From contig OZ024743.1 in the NCBI GenBank assembly GCA_964016885.1, positions 186,001-250,000 of the forward strand: a stretch of 64,000 nt of DNA. The letters run 5' to 3'. The DNA comes from Eledone cirrhosa. Taxonomy: Eukaryota. The stretch's first letter is position 1; each line of letters begins with the position of its first letter. Under the pieces are notes generated by a model. It was not told where the DNA came from. It saw only the letters and a program-made list of their open reading frames with translations, and did no database searches. Of the stretch, positions 58,075 to 64,000 are shown piece after piece. Position numbers and translations under genes: made by a program.

Positions 58075-58468
58075 CCTTGACCGACCAGTCTGTCGGGCGC
58101 GATTCGGCGCCGCTGGTCACAGCACGTGCGGCTTTAGCCATTTGATGACGCCATCCCACTGGCTGGGTGGGCAAACGGTAAGTCTAAAGTCTGTCTTAAG
58201 CCAGAAGGCTCATTTGACCGATGCTTATCCCGGTTTCATGGCGTAAAGCGACTGTGAGTACAAGACTCTCCCCTGGACAGGACGCCAGTCCATCGCAGGG
58301 TTAAACCTCCAGCTATTGCTGGTACTCATTTTCAGCTGAGTAAACTGTGGAGCAACGTGAAATAAAGTGTCTTGCTCAAGGGAACAACACATCACCCGGT
58401 CCGAGAATTGAACTCACAACCTTTCGATTGCAAACCTACTGCTCTAACCACTAAGCCATGCGCCTTCA
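58075..58468 (-). mobile_element. tRNA-head SINE with CORE-like and V-like central segments
   Basis: Minus strand: ggcgcatggcttagtggttagag..gagttcaattc (A/B boxes), cccttgagcaagacacttta (CORE-like), cctgcgatggactggcgtcctgtccaggg (V-domain-like). Related partial copies at ~49900-50070(-) and ~3580-3720(-). Confidence 0.7.
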
Positions 58469-58541
58469 CATATATATATATATATATAAACACACAAATA
58501 TACACACATTTATATATAGGGGAATGTGAGATATTTCTTAC

Positions 58542-58873
58542 CTGTATCTGTGTCATCGAGATCGCAGCTGTCTCCGTCAGACCAATCACTGAATCTCTCT
58601 GCATTGCCCTCCACGAAGTCGTTGTACTTTGTGATCCGAGTAGACCAAGAACCGTCTCGACATGGTACTGTGTTTTTAAGGCGTCGTCGCATGTTGGCGA
58701 ACCAGTTTGATACTTGTGTCAATGTCATCTGTGATCGTTTTGCTAGCGTCTGTTTAACAGCTCGGGACGGGTATGGGTTTTTGCTGTTCTCCTGCAGCCA
58801 CCGTTTCAATGGACGGGACATCATCTGTAGCGTTTTACGTTTGTAGCGAACCTTTTCTGTGAAAGATCGTGAA
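58542..58873 (-). CDS. Mkx: Mohawk-type TALE homeobox gene, homeodomain exon
   Basis: Translation SRSFTEKVRYKRKTLQMMSRPLKRWLQENSKNPYPSRAVKQTLAKRSQMTLTQVSNWFANMRRRLKNTVPCRDGSWSTRITKYNDFVEGNAERFSDWSDGD matches the Mohawk signature (KVRHKRQ..MARPLKQWL..NPYPT..SQMTLVQVSNWFANARRRLKNTV..SW..RI..YN..V.GNAERLS). Donor CAG|GTAAGA at 58542/58541 (phase 1). The acceptor is ambiguous: aacaacag| at 58873 (phase 2) or ctttcacag| at 58856 (phase 1). An in-frame TAA lies upstream near 58943. Confidence 0.92.
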
Positions 58874-59032
58874 CTGTTGTTTACGTAGAAGTAGTAGTAG
58901 TTGTTGTTATCATTATTATTGTTGACATTGGAATCATTGTTTTAGTAGTTGTGGTGGTTGTGGTGGATCGTTGAAAAAGAACAGAAAAAAGAAACAAAAA
59001 AGAAATTAGACTGCATTCTGTTATATATTAAA

Positions 59033-59125
<93 letters not shown>

Positions 59126-59574
59126 AAGGTAACATCACTTTACAACGCATGCAAGTACATGTGGGCGCAAATGTGTGTTGGTAATGAGTGTGTATGTGTG
59201 CTAGGGTGTGGATGTTTGCTAGGGTGTGTATGTGTGCTAGGGTGTGTATGTGTGCTAGGGTGTGGATGTTTGCTAGAACCGTACAAAGATTTGCTAAAAT
59301 GTATCTAGGACTATAGAGTATTTTCTTTCTTAAGATTCCTCACTAAGTCTTTGTGAGACCACCACCTCTCTCTTTCTAATATAATCGCACTCTACTATCC
59401 TATGCTGTGCAAAAGCGTCTTCGCGCTAATGTTATGTCTTCCTCGAAAATCGAGTCGGGTCCATAACTTACATGGTGACCCTGAGCCAATCATCTGCTCT
59501 GCAAAACGCGCGTAATAGGTCGATATACAATAAACAAAACTAAATACATGTAAACGATACTTCCTCGCTTTTCA

Positions 59575-59606
59575 GGGAGAGAGAAAGAGAGAGGAAGAGC
59601 GAGAGC

Positions 59607-59667
<61 letters not shown>

Positions 59668-59669
59668 GG

Positions 59670-59709
<40 letters not shown>

Positions 59710-59757
59710 AAGAAAGAGAGAGAGAGAGAGAGAGAGGGAGATAGATAAGTAGATATG

Positions 59758-59840
<83 letters not shown>
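59575..59840. repeat. (GA)n microsatellite block
   Basis: Directly visible. Confidence 0.9.
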
Positions 59841-59842
<2 letters not shown>

Positions 59843-60143
59843 AGAGATGCTTAAATGTTTTCTGTATGTAAAAATACATATTTCGCATAACAAATTTAAT
59901 TCACAAGTTATTGGCAATCCTAGGATATAGAAGATGCCACGAAGAGGAATCTAATTCAGAAAAAAAACTGTTTGTGAAGCGAACTTCTTAATTACACAGC
60001 CATGTCTCTATCTATTATATTTGTCTTAATGGAATGGTTCGGACATATAATCTATGATCTAAAAACCCATAAGCTTAAGTACATGGACACTTAGCATTCA
60101 GTTGTACTTACAACTAAAAAGTGGAAGAAGCACAATTAAAGAA

Positions 60144-60224
<81 letters not shown>

Positions 60225-60235
60225 TAGATAGATAG

Positions 60236-60545
60236 ATTTCTATTTATTGCCACTAGGGCGCAAAAGAAGGGGACAAATACAAGGGGTGGGGAGTTTACAC
60301 AAAAAGGCGAGTAAAAAAAACAAATAACAAATATAAAATTAACAATAAAGTCCTCAATAGGGAGGGGGCGTTTGGGGGGTCGCACACACACCCGAAAAAA
60401 GTGTGCAATCCCTTCTCCTCAGGAGCACAGAGAGAGGGTGCTCCCTCGTTCCTTCCTCTTTTCCACCTACAGGCTGATGTAGAGAGAAGGCCCATTCACA
60501 CGGGCCATTCTCGCCACTTTCACCCACCTTTCATAAATACGACTG
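60236..60545 (-). mobile_element. Probable non-LTR retrotransposon 3' end with (ATCT)n tail
   Basis: The terminus cccttgtatttgtccccttcttttg.gccc..gtggc.aataaa plus (ATCT)n is shared with 15975-16100(+). Short coding-like remnant YERWVKVARMARV. Clade not established. Confidence 0.45.
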
Positions 60546-60809
60546 AAAGAGATAGATAGATAGATAAATAGATAGATAGATAGATAGATAGAGAGAGAGA
60601 TGGGGGGAGTAGTGATTGTAATAAAGAAGAGATATAGGGGAAAATGGACAGAATAAGGATTATGAATGGATTTACGGGGTGAGATCAGTGGGAACATTAT
60701 TGCAGAATGTTCGTCTAAATCTGATTGTGAATAATGACTTCACATTTTAAACTTTAGGAATCTTCCTCTTTGTTTGTTTATTTTTGGACATTCATGAATA
60801 TGCATAAGT

Positions 60810-61212
60810 ACATACACACACAACGACATACACAGTAATACTCACACACACACACAAATAAACACACAGATACATACACACACACAAATAAACACAGATA
60901 CATACACATACACATACACACACACACATACACACTAACATACACAAATAAACACACATATACATACATACACACAAGCACACACACAGTAATACACACA
61001 CAAGCACACACACACACACACAAATAAACACACAGATACATACATACACACACACAAGCACACTCACAGTAATACACACACACACACACACAAATAAACA
61101 CACATATACATACATACTTACACATATACACTCACACACAAATAAACACACAGATACATGCATACATACACACATACACAAATAAACACACAGATACATA
61201 CATACACACACA

Positions 61213-61272
<60 letters not shown>
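60810..61272. repeat. CA-derived minisatellite (cacacaaataaacacacagatacatacata units)
   Basis: About seven recurrences of acaaataaacac within CA/CATA repeats. Confidence 0.8.
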
Positions 61273-61282
<10 letters not shown>

Positions 61283-61773
61283 GGGTCTTGATCTATTGGA
61301 CTAGTAGTCCTCAAAAGAGGAAAGATTCAATATTTATAATAGAGAAAATAAATAAGGCATAAACTTATTTACTTCAGTACCAAATGAGTAAATGTCACCA
61401 AAGATGGATACTAGTACAGTATTTCGCTTTACCACATGGTACTGAAGTGGCTGGGACATGACCACGGCTTAAAATACAGTTGTATATACTTTCATAGACG
61501 CCTATATTCTGAATAATTGTTTCTACTTTTCGCACAAGGCCAGCAATTACCCCAGTGCACCACTGGTACTTTATTTTATCGACCTCGTAAGGACGAAAGG
61601 CAAAGTTAACCTCGGCGGATTTGAACTCAGAACGCAAAGGGCTATAACTATATTCTGAATAATGCTGCGTTAGTGCTACTGGTAATTTAATGGTTTACTG
61701 AAATAAAGAAAGGTTCATACGAAAATGTAGTTTGTTTAAGGTCATGAATTTAATTGTTGTGGTTTAGTCCTTA

Positions 61774-61837
<64 letters not shown>

Positions 61838-62000
61838 CAAATGAGGGGTATTCTTTTGTCAAACCATAACAGAAACACAAACCCTCCATCTCAATTTTAG
61901 TTTAGCAAAAGAACTCTCAAGCTGGTAACGTAAATAAATAAATATTCTTAAAAGACCCCAGTTGCATTTTCAATTTCTTTTCCTTATATATATATATATA

Positions 62001-62192
62001 TAACGAAGGAAGTGTGGTAAGGAACCAGGTGGACCATAGCGCACCAAAGTACTCAATACTTAGGGTAGTAGAGTGGGTAATAGGAACAAGTAAGACCCCG
62101 ACGGCTGAGCTCAAGCCGTTTCGACGGCTAATTCTGTACAGAATTAGCCGTCGAAACGGCTTGAGCTCAGCCGTCGGGGTCTTACTTGTTCC
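62001..62192. mobile_element. Fold-back family I copy
   Basis: Perfect arms aggaacaagtaagacccc..aattctg|ta|cagaatt..ggggtcttacttgttcct, between (TA)n arrays. Confidence 0.8.
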
Positions 62193-62245
62193 TATATATA
62201 TATATATATATGTATATATAAAGAAAATATAATATATAATATATA

Positions 62246-62299
<54 letters not shown>

Positions 62300-62304
62300 T
62301 ATAT

Positions 62305-62342
<38 letters not shown>

Positions 62343-62642
62343 ATGTAATAAACAACATAAGGCAATTATTCCATTCACCAGTGGTTTCTATACATAGAGC
62401 ACACATATATATATATATATTAGGTTATGCAAGAAATGCTTAGGATTGCATTAATGCAGTAATGGTTAATTACTACACTAGGTAGAGTTGACGTACGGTG
62501 AAGGGTTACTCAACGAGTATCAGCACAAACCCTAAGGTTGTCACTTTGAGAATAAACAATATAATAAAACCTCTACCACAACATTTTGATTAAGCTATCT
62601 GTATTCTTCAAACTACTCTCTCCCATTTCTCCAACCCCTACA

Positions 62643-62716
<74 letters not shown>

Positions 62717-62821
62717 TCTCTCTCTCTCTCCCTCTGCCCTTCTTTCTCTCTTCCTTTTCTACTCTATCTTCCCCAATAACTTCCTTTAGGAAATACAAGA
62801 GAATTTACATTTTAACCATTC

Positions 62822-62938
62822 TGCTCTGAGGAAACGGTAGAAGCAGCATTTGAAAATTGAGTTTCTGCAAACTAATAATTACCAATCTGCACATAGCATG
62901 ACTAGGCTGTATAACTACTGTTGAAACATTTGTAAGCA
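62822..62938 (+). ncRNA. Hammerhead ribozyme with a large loop II insertion
   Basis: UGCU-CUGAGGA-AACGGUAG-[74 nt]-CUACUGUU-GAAA-CAUUUG-UA|AGCA, followed by AAUAAA at ~62944. Confidence 0.62.
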
Positions 62939-62994
62939 CTCGGAATAAATTACCTTTTTATGATGTCTACCTGTTATTATTCATTCTTTATATA

Positions 62995-63027
<33 letters not shown>

Positions 63028-63782
63028 CTATATATATATATATATCACATTTTTTTTATTTGTTTGACCCGAATTACTTGGTCGTTTCTATGGCTGTGCG
63101 GATAATGGTTTAACCATCGTCTCAGTGTGTTTGGCCTTTTAACGTATGTTGTAGCACTGGTTCGTTAGAATTTATTGAGTGCTTGCCACACATCTCGGAA
63201 GTTGTTTTTCGCTAATTTCCAATAGCCGAAATACGATTCTCGCTAATTTATATTTGTATATATATATATATATGATGATTTATATATATATATATATAAT
63301 ATACTTGCATATCTGAATGCAGATTCTCTTTCCCATCCAAATAAATTCGCACGGGTCTGCACACACACACCCAAATATTACAGCTATGGCCTATTTTTTT
63401 CATTCGTTTTGGTGCATCAGCTGGGAAATGAACCCATGCAATTCACGTCTCAGGTGAGAATTAGTAACTGGTATTATTGGTAGATGGCATGATATGAACA
63501 TAACATTTAACGGCGGCAAGTGATATAAAACAAAAGTCTGTACAGACTGTTGTTAATGTTTTCGTTTACATTATATCAACCTACACAGAAAACATACATT
63601 GCACACATACATACACACATACATACATACATATACATACATACATAAACATCCACACATACATACACATACATATCTGCATACATACATACATAGACGC
63701 AGATACCCACACATACATACACATACATACATACATACATACATACATCCAACATGCTATAGACAGACATCAGGGCTCTATT

Positions 63783-63814
<32 letters not shown>

Positions 63815-64000
63815 TGTATGTATGTATGTATGGTCACCAGTTGGTGCTACTGGTAACATGTGTCCCAGTACAACCTGTCCCATGGTCGGGTCGTTGGCGA
63901 CTAAACTGGCAACCCCACCAAGGTTTCTTGGTGAGGAGGGTGACTTTGGACATCCTGCAGGACTAAAAACAAAACCTGTCAAAGGGCAAAGGAGCTCTTA

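Overview
AT-rich, microsatellite-saturated eukaryotic genomic DNA. The SINE, RTE and Dong repertoire and the extreme (TA)n/(CA)n/(CATA)n load suggest a coleoid cephalopod, probably an octopus (inference). Almost all ORF-track entries are simple-repeat artefacts. One host gene is supported: a minus-strand Mohawk (Mkx)-type TALE homeobox gene. Its exons lie at about 58542-58873 (homeodomain), 39584-39955, a predicted 46-nt microexon at 23080-23125 and a terminal coding exon at 14031-14109; the 5' exon(s) were not located. Its introns hold four kinds of mobile element. (1) An intact 1181-aa RTE-clade LINE with three C-terminal C2H2 fingers. (2) A nest of 5'-truncated R4/Dong-type retrotransposons sitting in (CATA)n arrays, twice tail-to-tail with RTE 3' ends. 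(3) Many tRNA-derived SINEs. (4) At least ten families of fold-back (palindromic) elements embedded in (TA)n arrays, several carrying minimal hammerhead ribozymes of the Penelope-like pseudo-LTR type. Repeat boundaries are read by eye and approximate.
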